NCBI GenBank assembly: GCA_051294375.1
Contig: CM119268.1
Location: 13,151,770-13,215,769, forward strand
Direction of reading: 5' to 3'
DNA: 64,000 nt
From: Paraspadella gotoi
Lineage: Eukaryota > Animalia > Chaetognatha
The notes beneath the pieces were generated by a model. That model had not been told where the DNA came from, made no database searches, and was given only the letters and a program-made list of their open reading frames with translations. The number at the start of each line of letters is the position of its first letter. Position 1 is the first letter of the stretch. Both the position numbers and the translations under genes were made by a program. Positions 39,697 through 52,418 of the stretch are shown in pieces.

Positions 39697-42600
39697 AGGA
39701 GCGAGAGACCGGGAGGAAGAGCGAACGCTCTTTTTAAGAAAGGGGAAGAAGGAAGAGTGATTGGCTGGATAATGGATAGTGGATATTCTAGAAATTACTC
39801 AGAGGTTTTAGTACTTCAGCTTGGAGCTCTTCAAATGTAAAACTTGTTATCGGTAAATATTTTAAATAAAATTCAGTGAAATAAATCAAAATAAAACGAT
39901 AACCAAGGACGAACAAAATGACGCGTTTCGGACTTCGTTCCAAGGAAAAGCAGCTCATTCCGCTCAAGAAAATCGATAACAAGTAAGTGGGAGTGGCTTT
40001 GTAACCGGGCTTAGTGAAATTTGCGGTATAAATGGTGGTGTAAGTTTTTTCGGTAACTTTATTCTATATAGTGGATATTCGTTATCCTTTGTGTGATGTT
40101 CCATGGTTCATGGTTCATGGTTCATGCTTGAAAAAAAAAAAAAAAAAAAAAACTTCTTCAAATGTGCCTAGGGTGACGGTTAAAGGATTGCACGCGGAAG
40201 TCTGCAGTCAACTTTACTACAAAAATGAAGATTCGAAATCAATGGAAGCCACGTTTACATTTCCCCTTGATGACGATAGGTAATTCCGGTAACCTACGTA
40301 GAAAATAGACTTACGTCAACCTTTACTCGAGATGTCTCAAGATAGCCTCGGCGCGAACACATCTTTCGCGTAGGGATCGATTAAGAATTAATTATTAAAG
40401 ATGTTTTAAAATTTGGAAGTTGGAAGACTGCATGTCTTGCAAATTATGGCGAGACTTAAAAGACTCGCGATCTTTTGTTTCTTTCTTCTCATTTGTAATG
40501 AGATATCTCTACAGTCAGTCCTTAAAACTATTTCGATATGTAACTTAACACGGACAAAAGGCATTTTACTAAAAAAGATAAGAAAAAGAAGGCAGCAACT
40601 TTAACCGAAGGAAATTATCCTTACTTGGGAACCCACTTCCAACAATCCCCCTCAACCCCGCCAGCGCCGTCTACTCTTTCAAAGCCCTCGTCGACGACGT
40701 TGAAACCGTGGCCGAGATTCAAGAGAAGGAGACGGCGAAAGAGACCTACGACGCGGCCGTCGCCGCCGGAGAGACGGCGTTCCTGGCGGAAGAGTCCGAG
40801 ACGAGCGGCGACATTTTCCGGTGCCGGATCGGCAACATCCCGCCGGGGTCGGCGGCGACACTCACTCTCGCCTACGTCGTCGATCTGCCCGTCGACGAAG
40901 AGGGCGCCGTTACGTTCACTCTGCCAACTGTCTTGAACCCGCGGTTGGTGTTGTTGTCGTCGTTATATCTTGCCAAAGAATGGGTATATACAGTAATGAG
41001 TACATATAATATAATTCATATACATATAATTAGTAACTAACTAAAAAAATCAGACCAAATTTACTTAAAACAATAAAATAAACAGTAGTAATAATATTCA
41101 ATTCTTCCCATTTCCTCTTTCAAGCTACTGCCCCCCTGATTTCACGGGTCCAAATCCCTCCGTAGAGTCTCCAGTCGTCGTCATGGAAACCAAACAGGAC
41201 ACGCCCTACGAATTCGGCTTTCGTCTTGTCGTCGACAACGTCTTCCCGGTCAAATCCGTCTCAGCGTTCGGAGACGAAGTTGAGGTGCGTCTCGTTCTTT
41301 TTGTCATCCTCGTTGACGTCATCCACTTTATTTTTTTTTATTTTTTTCATCAAATCGTTAGCTCCAAATTTTAACCAAAAGTAATGTTTGATAGCGTAAG
41401 TTAAATTATATGCATAGAGGTTAAAAAATATTAAAACATCTTTGATGTGCGGGGTTTTCCGTCTCGCTCACCTTCTGAGAACATCAATATCGCTGGTGGC
41501 TAATTAATATTAATAGAATCAGTTTGAAAAGAAATCATGATTACTACAGAATAATCAAATAATAACAAACGGCAATGTTTGTAAACAAATATTGATTGTT
41601 TATAAAAATTATTATAAATTAAAAGTGATAAAGTCTAACGAGAGTTTGTGTCCAACATCTTATCAAAGACTTGATTATTTTTCTTCAAACTTTTTTCTCT
41701 CCTTAGTGCTTCTCCGAGTCCTTCGGGTCACGAAGGAGCGAAGGTTGAGATTTGACGTCCGAAATTTGGTCATTTCGTAAACAGATTTTTTAATACTTCG
41801 CAACAGAGCTTGAAAAATTTACCGTCGCTTTTAATTTAAACTATTTCCCGTCTTTTCCCCCCCCCCCACAGATCGGCACCACCGACTGCAATGATCCGCA
41901 AGGATCTCCCCGCAAGACTGTCACCATCTCCGGCAACGCCTTCGACCACGACCTTCGAGTCCGCGTCGCCTACGACCGCGGGATGGCGCCAGTGGCGATG
42001 TTCCAGGCGGGGCGCGCCGACAAGCCTGGCTTTCTGAAGAACCACGTGGCGGCGCTTAACTTCTTCCCGGATTTGGCGTCGTTGAAGGAGGCGCGGCTCA
42101 AGGAGGCCGAGTTCGTCTTCATCATCGACAGATCCGGTTCGTCGTTTTTGTTAAAAATTTTGTTGTAGTTTTGAATTTGATTTAGGTATTGCTATCGTTC
42201 GTATGTGTAGAGAAGTCGTTCCTTAAATAAATGAGGAACATAAACTACTAAATCTACTTGTACGAGTTACGATAGCGAAAAATCTTCCAACTACATTTAA
42301 GTTTGATGCTTGGGAGAAGGAGAAATTATAAAAAGAATTGCCCAGTGCCAACACTAAATGGTTCAACATGGAAAGATAAAATAATTCTAGCCCTTCTCTC
42401 GCTCTTTCCTTTCTCCAGGCAGCATGCAGGGCGACCGCATCACAGCGGCAAAAGAGGCACTGCTGCTGCTGCTCAAGAGTCTCCCCGTCGGCTGCAGCTT
42501 CAACGTCGTCTCCTTCGGATCAAGTTTCGAGATGCTCTTTTCGGGCGGTAGCAAGGAATACTCGGAGAAGTCCCTCGGCGAGGCCTTGCGGCTGCAGAAG

Positions 42601-45600
42601 GGCATGGAGGCAAACATGGGTGGGACAGAGATCTTGAAGCCGCTGCAGGAGGTTTTCAAGTCGAAGCCGAAGACCTCGAGGCAGATCTTCCTGCTCACCG
42701 ACGGAGGAGTGGGTAACACGGATCAGGTGGATTTCAATTAAATTAGTCTCAAACCGTGAAATATATACAAAGTGGGTGGTTCTAATGACAGGGAGGGTGA
42801 TTTTTAATTTCAGGTGATCAAGTTGGTGGCGTCAAACGCGAAGACATCTCGTGTCTTTTCCGTCGGAATCGGGGAGGGCGCCTCGACCTCCTTGATCAAG
42901 GTGGGTCGTCTAAAGCCCGTAGGATATACTATTACAAGATAGAGGCTCACCTTACCGCCAGAACCTCTCTCTCCCCCGGGCCTTCTCTTCCCCCTCTCAA
43001 CGCCTCCTCCTCCCCTCGTCGTCCCCTCCTCTAACTATTCTTTTTATTAAAAATTCTCTCAAATAATTTTCGAGTTGCCCCATTTTAATCGCTAAACCCC
43101 GATGATCTTTAAGGGCGTGGCTAGAGCCGGCGGCGGGAGAGCCATCTTCGTCACTACTTCCGGTCAGAACCGCCTGCAGACTCAACTTTTGACTCTGCTA
43201 CGTCAGGCGACCCAGGCTTTCGTCGAGGAAGTCACCATCACGTGGTCGCGACTTCCGACAGGCGTTGAATGCGTCACTCAGGCAATTTAATTTTCGATTT
43301 CGTAGTTTCTGCCCTTGATTTGGTCTATGAATTTTTTTCTTCTTCTTCTTTTTCTCTATTTCGAGTTACTTAAACGTAAAGTGTACCGAAACACCAACAC
43401 TGAATTAAAAATGCAAAAGATAAAAGGTGAATTCACTCGTCAATGACCTTAAGAGATCAGAAGCAAATTTGATTAAATGGTGCCCGAGACTGACCCGACT
43501 TCGACATCCTCATCAACGCCTTTCCTTCTCACAGATCCCGGAGACGCCTCCACCCGTCTACAGCGGGGAACGGCTCGTCAGCTACGCCGTGTTGACCGGC
43601 GACTTTCCGAAGAAGGCAGCGGGGAACCGCTCGTCGGCCCTGGCGGTGTTGACGGGAAAGATCGGTGGGGAGACAATCCGTCACGAGTTGGTCGTCGAAT
43701 TCGCTACCGAAGACGACGACCCATCCATGACGCTTCACCGCCTCGCCGCCAAAACGCTCGTCAAACAACTGGAGACAAAGATGGAAGAAGAATTGGAAGG
43801 GAATTACAGCAGGAGATATCGCGCCCTCGACGATGACGACGACGACGCGGACGATGCCGAATCATCGCCCGAAGCGAAAGAGCGCCGGGAGCGCCGTCGT
43901 CGACAGAAACGCGAAATCGTCGCCGTCTCGACTTCGGCCAACGTCGTCTCCAGATTTACGGCCTTTGTCGGCGTCGATCCTTCGACCAAAGATCGAAACA
44001 CCGAGGAGAAGGTCAAAGTCAAAGTCCCTCGACCAGCTCGACCAGAATACTGCATGCCCGCCGGTGGGATGATGCAACGTAGCTCCATGTTGAGCAACGC
44101 AATTCAAATGCCAATGCCAATGTCAAGCATGGGGATGAAGAAGAAAAGGTAAAGCGACAATGAATTAATGAAGCAAACAATAATCAATATATCAATGAAT
44201 TAAGGGATGAATCAATCAATCCAATCATTCATTTAATCAATCTATTAATTAATCCATCCTGTCATCAATTTCAATCAACAAATCAATCCCGTCATCGAAT
44301 TCAATCGGTCATTACTTTAACAATAAAAAATCATTCGGACAATAAATTGACCGGTGACCATATTCAGTAGGTCCAAAATGTCGGCCCCCTCGCCCGTCAA
44401 AAGTGGAGGAATATTTTCTGGTTTGTTTGGCGGCCGTGGCGGAGGTGGCGGCGGCGGCGGCGAAAGCGACCGGGCAGAGTCCGCAAAAGAACGGAGGAAA
44501 GAAAGAGAAATGGTGAGCGACATCTGTCTCTCCGGATTCGATTGCTGTGAGGTTGAGGGATCATCCGCCGCCGCCGCCTCCCCGATCGGCGACGCCCTCC
44601 TTCGCCTCATCGATCTCCAGCGTTTCGGCGGATCCTGGCCGGCGTCGTCGTCGCTGTACGAGGCCGTCGGCGCCGGTGACGCCGCGCGGGCGTTTTGCGG
44701 CACCGGCTCAGACGCGGAGCGACGCGCGACGGCGCTGGCGATCGCGTGGCTCAGGACGAAGATGTCCCATCGACGAGACGAGTGGAGGATGATCGAAGAG
44801 AAAGCGCTGGAGTGGCTGAAGGGTGGAGCGAAGGGGGATGGAGAAGTGGAGGAATTGGTTGAGCAGGCGCGGAAGGAGTTGGGATGAAGATTGCGCGGCT
44901 GACGACCAGTTAAATGTTTTTTTTTGGTGTCGATGGTGTAATGACGGAGATGGCTTATTACTAGTCGTAGATTAGTTTTTCGCATTAGCTCTGTTTTATT
45001 GGTGTTTTATTCTTTTATTCTTTTATTCTCTGTCTGTATTATTTAAATATTTTCGTCCCTTTTTACAAAAAGAAAAAAAAATTAAATACCTTTTTTGTCT
45101 AAACGTATTTATAATAAACTGACCTCTACCAGCTACATTCAACGCTACATATTTCAAAAACATAGAAACGAAATACAAGATAGATATTTAGAAACTGAGA
45201 AGACTAAACCCTAGAGGGCGAGATGCCTCACCAAGCTAGACATTACAGGCAACCTCAAACTAGACTCTATAATCTTTTTTTTTATCGCATCCTTACTTGG
45301 TCGATATCCCTGGTAAAATGCGAACATGATGGCGTCGGGATGTAGAGAATGACGAAGACCAAGACTGTGGCCAATCTCGTGGACGAGGACTTGCAAGAGG
45401 TTCACCCCCATGGGAGAGTCGATTGTCCACAGTTCTGCAAAACGAGAATTGAGGGTTGATTAGTTTCGCATAAATCTATTTTCTTGACGACGTCAATTCT
45501 TAACCGAAAATTATACGAGAAAAAAAATGTGGATGTTGTACCTTCAAGATCGAGAGAAGTTGTGCATTGATATTTTGCTTCGAATGCACGCACGAGTTTT

Positions 45601-48034
45601 ATTCTTCCCGAAAATTCGGAAGGGAAATTCGATCATGGAAACTAAAAACCTTTATTTGTTTATTCATTATCTCGTCACGACATTCCCTTTCAATTTGTTT
45701 TGAATAAAAAAATAAAAGATAAAAAAAAAATTCCGTTCTTGCTTAATTTGATCGATTTACCCTCTAAAAAACACTTCGCAAAAAATTATATGCCGAACTG
45801 AAAAAGATATTCTTTAAAAGTACAGATCTTAGCTCCAACATCACTCAGATGGAAATCCTTTTAAACGGCGTCACGTCTCGACGCGTGCACGCCAGAAAAT
45901 TTTTTTGCGGCAGGGTCATCTCGTCGCCCGCCGAGTCAAAGTCTCCGGACGCCACCTGCGACCCATCGAGCGGGCGTCAGTGTCCCACCTGCGCCACGGT
46001 CCCGCCCTACCCCGTCGTCTGCCCTCGTAAGCACCTCGTCTTCGAGCTCCGAGACTCTTCGACGTCGGCGACGACGCCGGTTCGAACTTGCGATGGATGC
46101 GGCGACGTGGATCCTCGCTTCGGCTGCGACGCCGACGATTTCCGGTTGTGCGAAAAATGTTTTCATCGTCGGCGCCGGAAAATCTTTCGGCGTCTTAAAA
46201 AGATGGAACGAGAGGCGGAAGAAATTCCGGACAAGGGTGCGAAGGAGAAAGGCGCCGGGAAAAAAGAAGTCGTTGACTCCTTATCCGTCATGAACGAGCC
46301 AGAAAGCGATGATGGGGGACAATGTCTCAACATCCAAAAAAACCAGACGGAAAAAGATAAACAAAGATCTTGTCTAGACGAGATAGTGAACCAATGCTGT
46401 GAAGGACGAAACGAACTGAGATACGACAAATTCGACTACAGTGGGAAAGACGAAGATAATTTTAAAGAAAATTCTTGCCTAGAATCGGCCGAGGATAAAA
46501 AACAATACAAAAGGAATGAGGATTCTTTCAACAAGGACGACGAATATAAAGACGCGCTCGTTAATAACGGACCCGGAGACAATCCCGACTATAACGGTTT
46601 GGACGTTCAGGAGAAAGTGGATCGTTTTGGTACCGAAGAAAATCGCAGCGCGGAAAACGAAAGTAATTGTTCAAAGAATGACTGTTCGCAATTCAACTCT
46701 CATCCGGTTAACTGCCAGAGTGCGGAGGATCATTTGCAATATCACGACGTCAATAGCGATAAAGCTCGTAACTTCGTCAATAGGAGATTCGATCATGACA
46801 GCTCTGACAACCTCGCCGGTCATGGTCAGCAAAAAGAACTTTTTCTCTCGGAAGAAAACTACGATGACGACGAAAACAACGACGACAACTTCGATGACAT
46901 CGAATCGTCAAAGTTTTGTGGCTTATTCAAAGAAAGCGACGCGCCGGACGACGACCAGTTTATGAATTCCAACTTGGAAATCCTCAATCGAAACCAATTT
47001 GATGAGATAAATCAAATGAACGATATCAATCAAATCGAGCGTTGTGATCCTGTAGAGGTATTGAACGATTCCAAAGGACAACACCAAACAGCTGGACAAC
47101 CAAATATTATCTCAAGTGAGATCGAGAACTCTCTAGAAAATCATCGACCCAGAAGCGAAGCGGCTCGTCGACTCGACTCGTTTGATGGAAACGCGCATGC
47201 GCGCGGAAATGGCGAAGAGATAGAGAACGACGACGACGACGACGTGGGCGACGCGTTGGGGGTTATGCAGAAAGCCATTCGTGACTTAACCGACTCGCTG
47301 GAGGTCGTCACGAGGATCGCCGAAACTTCCGGCGGCTTCGGCGAAGACTGCGTCAACAGTCGAAACAACCTCGTCGATGCCTCCGTCTCCACGCGCGACG
47401 ACGACGACGACGAACGACAACGACGCCTTGTTGAGGAAAACCACGAACTCCTCGACCGGATCGACCGACTAGAGATCCTCAAAGACTTTCTCAAGAGGGA
47501 GTCGCGCGCGCGGAAGGAGCGCGTCCAACAGCTCGACGCCGACGCCGCAAATCTCCGCCGCAACAAGGCGTTGCTGGAAGCAGAGTTGGTGGCCGGGAGG
47601 AGGGAGGCCTGGCGCGTGGGGCGAAAGGCCAGGAGAAAAGAGGAAGAAAACGAGTGGCTGCGTGACAAAGAGGCGAGGTTGGTTTCCGGGAGTGCTTTGT
47701 ATGTGTGGATTCATCTGTGAGGCACAAACGAGAGCATAACTGAATTCGAATGATTAGTGAATTGTAAAAGTAAAAAAAAAAATATATATTAAATAAATAG
47801 GCTAAATTTTACTTTCGCCGACCGCGGTTTTGGCGGCTTTTGAAAAACCATTGAAAAATACTTATTTTAAAAAAAAGATTTAAAAAAATATTACCTAATT
47901 ACCCTAACCCTTAATCCTTTTAACCCTAACCCTAATCTACCCCTAAACCACCCTTAACCCTAGCCCTTCCCTTACCCCTCCCTAACCTCGGTCAGCGAAA
48001 GTAAAAGTAACCAAATAAATAAATAAATAAAAAA

Positions 48035-48073
<39 letters not shown>

Positions 48074-48205
48074 AAATAATAAATAAATAAAAATAATAGA
48101 TAAATAAATATAAATAAATAAATAAATAAAAATAATAAATAAATAAAAAAAATAAATAAATAAATTAAAAAAATAAATAAACAAATAAATAAATAAATAA
48201 ACAAA

Positions 48206-48260
<55 letters not shown>

Positions 48261-49256
48261 AAATAATTAAATAAAAAAATAAATAAATACCCAACGATCC
48301 TCAAGGTTGGAGAACGACCTGGACGTGGTCAGGGAAGAGGCTCGTCGAGCGATGCTTCGAGCGGCGCGACTCGAAGAGGAGTCGGAGGCGACGAAGGTCG
48401 AGCTGAGGAGAATGACGAGGAGAGAGAGCGAGACGAGGAGACGCGTTGAGACCATGGAGGAAGGGAGGAGAAAGAGAGAGGAGGAGATGAAAGAAGAGAG
48501 AAGGAATTGGGAGAGGGAGATGGAGAAGGCGAGGAGGAGATTCCGCGAGCTCGAGGACGAGAACGACGAGCTAAGGGTTCGTAGAAAGGCTGGGGGGGGA
48601 GTGGAAAGAATGTGAGGGGGAGTGGAAAGGTTGGAGGGGATAGTGAAAAAATTGTGGGGGGGAGTGTAAAGGTTGGAGAGGATAGTGGAAAGAATGGGTA
48701 TCGGTGTTTAGATGAGACGTGAGGGACCACGATAGAGTTGGGGCTCGGAGGCAGAGAAGACAAAGGTTAGCGGTTGAAATAATAATAAAAAAAAAGTTTC
48801 ATAAGCATGTTAGGTATAAGGTATAGAACAAATATTGTCCAAATATTGTCCAAATATTGTCCATCCCTCCAATTAATCAGGACGGAAAGACCCGGTGCTG
48901 GGAGGAGCGGCTCTGCGCGGTCTGCCTTGAGCGGGAGAAAGATACGGTCTTTCTGGACTGCGGTCACGTGGGCTGCGGAGTCTGCGCTGCGCTGCTCGAC
49001 TCCTGCCACATTTGTCGCCGAACGATCGGGAAGAGGATGAGAATTTTCTTCAGCTAGAAGCATCGTCCGAGTTACGACGACGGCTCTCTGTCTCTCTATC
49101 TCTCTATCACACCAACAAACCTCACCGTCATCATCCAAGTGAATGTCGCCGCCGATAAGGTTGAGCGGATTCGGATAGAAGGCGTGGGCCAAGACGCCGC
49201 CCCTGCCGCGGAATGGTTTACAAGCTTCATGATGACTTCCGCCCTTGAAGACGATC
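39262..49256 (-). CDS. Matrix metalloproteinase (peptidase M10A) catalytic-domain exons, partial gene
   Basis: Exon 49126-49256 (PFRGRGGVLAHAFYP..GGDIHLDDD), exon 45297-45434 (ELWT..NLLQVLVHEIGHSLGLRHS..DAIMFAFY) and exon from 39392 (KFQLHDDDIREIQSLY, reading to TGA at 39262-39264 unless spliced at 39267) join through phase-1 GT-AG introns. HExxHxxGxxH and Met-turn are intact; 5' exons not seen. Confidence 0.9.
39918..44887 (+). CDS. VWA5A: von Willebrand factor A domain-containing 5A-like protein (VIT + vWA)
   Basis: Ten exons: 39918-39982, 40172-40279, 40665-40943, 41125-41284, 41872-42135, 42419-42726, 42814-42900, 43114-43281, 43535-44148, 44370-44887. VIT motifs EATFTFPLD, IQEKETAKETYDAAV, GNIPPG; MIDAS FIIDRSGSM; LLTDG; HRLAAK; SRFTAFVGVD; LQRFGGSW. 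Confidence 0.9.
45849..49057 (+). CDS. Putative E3 ubiquitin ligase: ZZ-like zinc finger, acidic linker, coiled coil, C-terminal C3HC4 RING
   Basis: In-phase exons 45849-47677, 48306-48576, 48881-49057. CDGC..FGCDADDFRLCEKCF near the N-terminus; CAVCLEREKDTVFLDCGHVGCGVCAALLDSCHICR at the C-terminus (IAP/Mind-bomb-type RING). Confidence 0.8.
47800..48012. mobile_element. Mutator-like MITE with internal degenerate (CCCTAA)n
   Basis: ~30-bp TIRs ggctaaattttactttcgccgaccgcggtt / aacctcggtcagcgaaagtaaaagtaacc; 9-bp AAATAAATA on both flanks. Confidence 0.65.
48013..48289. repeat. (AAAT)n microsatellite
   Basis: Direct observation. Confidence 0.95.
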
Positions 49257-49372
49257 CTGTGAATAAAAATTGATTTTTTAAAATTAATTCTGTGAAATTA
49301 AAATAATTAATTCCTGTTGGTGCAATCTGATATTCAAGTATACAAAAATAGTCAATATTTCTCATGCGGTAA

Positions 49373-49445
49373 GCCCGGTTAGCTCAGTCGGTAGAGCACG
49401 GGACTCTTAATCCCGGGGTCGTGGGTTCGAGCCCCACATTGGGCG
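49373..49445 (+). tRNA. tRNA-Lys(CTT)
   Basis: GCCCGGTTAGCTCAGTCGG...gggact-CTT-aatccc...GTTCGA; 73 nt. Confidence 0.95.
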
Positions 49446-49615
49446 GACTCACTGTTTTGGTAAACTAAGAATGTTTTATATAATTACTGGTAATTGATGG
49501 TAAGAGATCGATTAATTTAAAATTTTGTATGTTATTTTAAAGAATGAAAACTAAATTGAAATAACTTTTGAAACCTGTTAGTTTAACTATAATTATAAAA
49601 GAAATGAAAAAAACA

Positions 49616-49687
49616 TTCCCATGCGGGGAATCGAACCCCGGCCGCGGCGGTGAGAGCGCCGAATCCTAACCACTAGACCACATGGGA
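49616..49687 (-). tRNA. tRNA-Glu(CTC)
   Basis: TCCCATGTGGTCTAGTGG...cggcgct-CTC-accgccg; 72 nt. Confidence 0.95.
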
Positions 49688-49807
49688 AGACGTTGTTTAC
49701 GAATTTGTTTATATTATTTAACATTATTCATTATGACAATAAGACATCATTATTCAATATTCATATTCTTGTTTAAATTCCTGTTGAAATCCACCAATAC
49801 GTTCTCT

Positions 49808-49846
49808 GCAGAAATAGCTCTGCTGGGAGAGCGTTAGACTGAAAAT
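49808..49846 (+). pseudogene. Truncated tRNA-Phe(GAA), 5' half
   Basis: gcagaaatagctctgctgggagagcgttagact-GAA resembles the eukaryotic Phe 5' half; a HINE-like fragment follows instead of the 3' half. Confidence 0.8.
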
Positions 49847-50030
49847 GATTAAAATATTTTTGTAATGTAATTTGATGTTCTAAAATGTGACTGACCGACG
49901 AAACTTTAAGGGTCGACTGACAAACTGACGTGAGTGAATTATAAGCACGGGACTTCTGAAGCAGATCCGACTAAAAACATTCCCAAACAAAATAAAAAAG
50001 AAATAAGTACTTTTAAACAAAAGATAACTA

Positions 50031-50112
50031 TGGCAGCGGTGGGATTCGAACCCACGCCTCCGAAGAGACTGGTGCCTTAAACCAGCGCCTTAGACCACTC
50101 GGCCACGCTACC
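50031..50112 (-). tRNA. tRNA-Leu(AAG)
   Basis: GGTAGCGTGGCCGAGTGG...ctggttt-AAG-gcaccag, long variable arm; 82 nt. Confidence 0.95.
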
Positions 50113-51064
50113 AGATCTACGTAATGCAGTATGTGTAATATTGTGTAAGGAAAAATACAAATTGGAGCAAAGAATGCCGGATCTGCTAACCGCTAAATAG
50201 AGGTGCAAGCAGCTTCTCGGATGAAAAGTTAATTTTCGTATATTCTTTCGGTTGTGGGAATTATGGTGGTTTTCTTAGTGGTTGTGGTATTTGTTTTGGT
50301 GATTATTTAATTTTTATAATGGATATGGGGAAGCTGGTTAAGAAAATTAATGGAGACATACACTAAGTCATAAACATTATAATTATTACAATTTCCTCCA
50401 CATTGTTATGGTCGTTGAGGTCATTGTATAGTTTTGGTGGTAGTTGGATTGTGGTGATTATTTTATCTATTATTAGCATTTAAATTTAATATGAATGGGA
50501 AAAAAAGCACAATTAAACAGAGAAAACGTGCTTTTTGTTTTTTCCATGACTGAAAACTCATTTCCAATTGAACGATTCCATCAAAACTTGTTTTCCAGCT
50601 CAATCACACACTTCTTTACCCTCTCGAGTAATTGGCGTACGGACGGAGGGATAGATGCATAAACGGACGGACATCGATATTTTTGCCTAATTTATCAAAT
50701 TTGATGTTCTAAGTGAATGACCGACAACATTGTGGGGGTGGACCAAGGGACCGACTTATTTTAAGTAGAGAAAAATCATCAATGAAAATGCATTAAACGA
50801 AATGAATAAAATGAATTTCGGTCGACTAATAAAGAAGTTTCCTACATATAAAAGAAGAATCTATATCTATCTAAGTTTAGAAAGATATAAATATTATGAC
50901 GCGATTAAAGTTAATCAAAGTAGTTACTCTCAAATTTAATTAAAAAAAAGAAGAAAAATAGGAGGTTTGTAACGTGGTAATACACATAGATGTAAAGATG
51001 AGTGGTGCGCTCTCTCCAGTATTCTTTTTACCGACACTCGGACCGACTCATGGCCAAGCAGCCA

Positions 51065-51136
51065 GGTTCCATGGTGTAACGGTTAGCACCCAGGACTCTG
51101 AATCCTGTAATCCGAGTTCGAATCTCGGTGGAACCT
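51065..51136 (+). tRNA. tRNA-Gln(CTG)
   Basis: GGTTCCATGGTGTAACGG...caggact-CTG-aatcctg. Confidence 0.95.
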
Positions 51137-51304
51137 CTTTTATTAAGGCCGAGTTAGAATTGATGATCGCAAGATTTTTACATACGTCGGCGAGAATTAT
51201 AGTATGTAAACATCTGGCCTGAATGATTAAAACGTTTAATCTCATAATGGAGTGCAAAGCCGTACAAGAAAAAAAAAATAGTTTACATAAGTGTAAAAAA
51301 TAAC

Positions 51305-51377
51305 CGACCTTGCCAGGATTCGAACCTGGAATCTTCTGATCCGTAGTCAGACGCGTTATCCATTGCGCCACAAGGCC
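51305..51377 (-). tRNA. tRNA-Arg(ACG)
   Basis: GGCCTTGTGGCGCAATGG...tctgact-ACG-gatcaga. Confidence 0.95.
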
Positions 51378-51901
51378 CTGCTATAAAATTGATAACACAT
51401 AACATAGGCTATCCTTGGACCTCAAGTTTTAAACTTTGAAAACCTTGGTCTTTTTTATTATTAAAAAATAACTTCTTTCAATATGGTACTAAGCTTTTCA
51501 ATAAGGTGCTTTGCTTACGCTATCTTTCGGACACGCTCACTCGCTCAGTGCGCCACGTTGTAGCCCTCTCTGGGCGGTAGGAACTTTCCAATTTCATGTT
51601 ATACATACTATTTTAAAACTAGAATAATGCGAGAATTGACGTAATAATTTGATTTTTCGATGAGGAATGAAAAGAGGGGAGAGAGGAAAGAGGGACCGAG
51701 GAGATAGGAAAAAAAAAAGTATAGGGAAGAGATAAACAAGAGGAAGATGAAGGGAAAGGAGAAGATTCCAATAATACATAACTTTTCAAGAGGAATTTAT
51801 ATTAACTGTAAGTTTAATTACAAAAAAGTTTTAACTAATGAACCCAAAAAGACGTCTTATTTTTATAACTAGTCCAAATGACTCCTTAACATGCACAGTG
51901 C

Positions 51902-51974
51902 GCCCGGTTAGCTCAGTCGGTAGAGCATCAGACTTTTAATCTGAGGGTCAAGGGTTCAAGTCCCTTATTGGGCG
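51902..51974 (+). tRNA. tRNA-Lys(TTT)
   Basis: GCCCGGTTAGCTCAG...tcagact-TTT-aatctga. Confidence 0.95.
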
Positions 51975-52418
51975 ATTGTATTTTTATGTCGCTCGTTAAC
52001 GAAAAGCTACTGGTATATGCGCTATACTGATTAATATCGTTCTAAAATATTTTTCTGTTATGTGGTTTAAAGTATAATTTCTAATTTATGCTCATAATGC
52101 TTTTATTACACTCCTTAGGCTTAAATTTATAACTTGTACGTCTTTGAATTTCGTCAACGTTTAACCTGGAACGAGTGTATATATATACATAATATTTAAA
52201 GTCAGAAAAATAAAGAAAATGAAAGATTGACTTAACAAGAATAATAATCCAAGATCATTAATAATTGTTATTTCAAATAGCTACGTTGAACTAAATGAAT
52301 AAATAAAAATATTATTCAAATATAGTTCCTTTGTGGGATTTACAAGTGTATTTTTAATATCTTTTTTAGCTACATTAACAAACAAGTGTATGAAATCTAG
52401 ATCTGTCAGTAAAAAAAT

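Noticed and set aside
47890-47985. True telomere or chromosome-fusion scar
   Set aside because: Short, degenerate and enclosed by TIRs.
47972-48304. Hydrophobic FIYL-repeat membrane proteins
   Set aside because: Translation of (TTTA)n.
51510-51592. GC-richer patch as a missing Cys/Tyr tRNA or other ncRNA
   Set aside because: No A/B boxes or cloverleaf on either strand.
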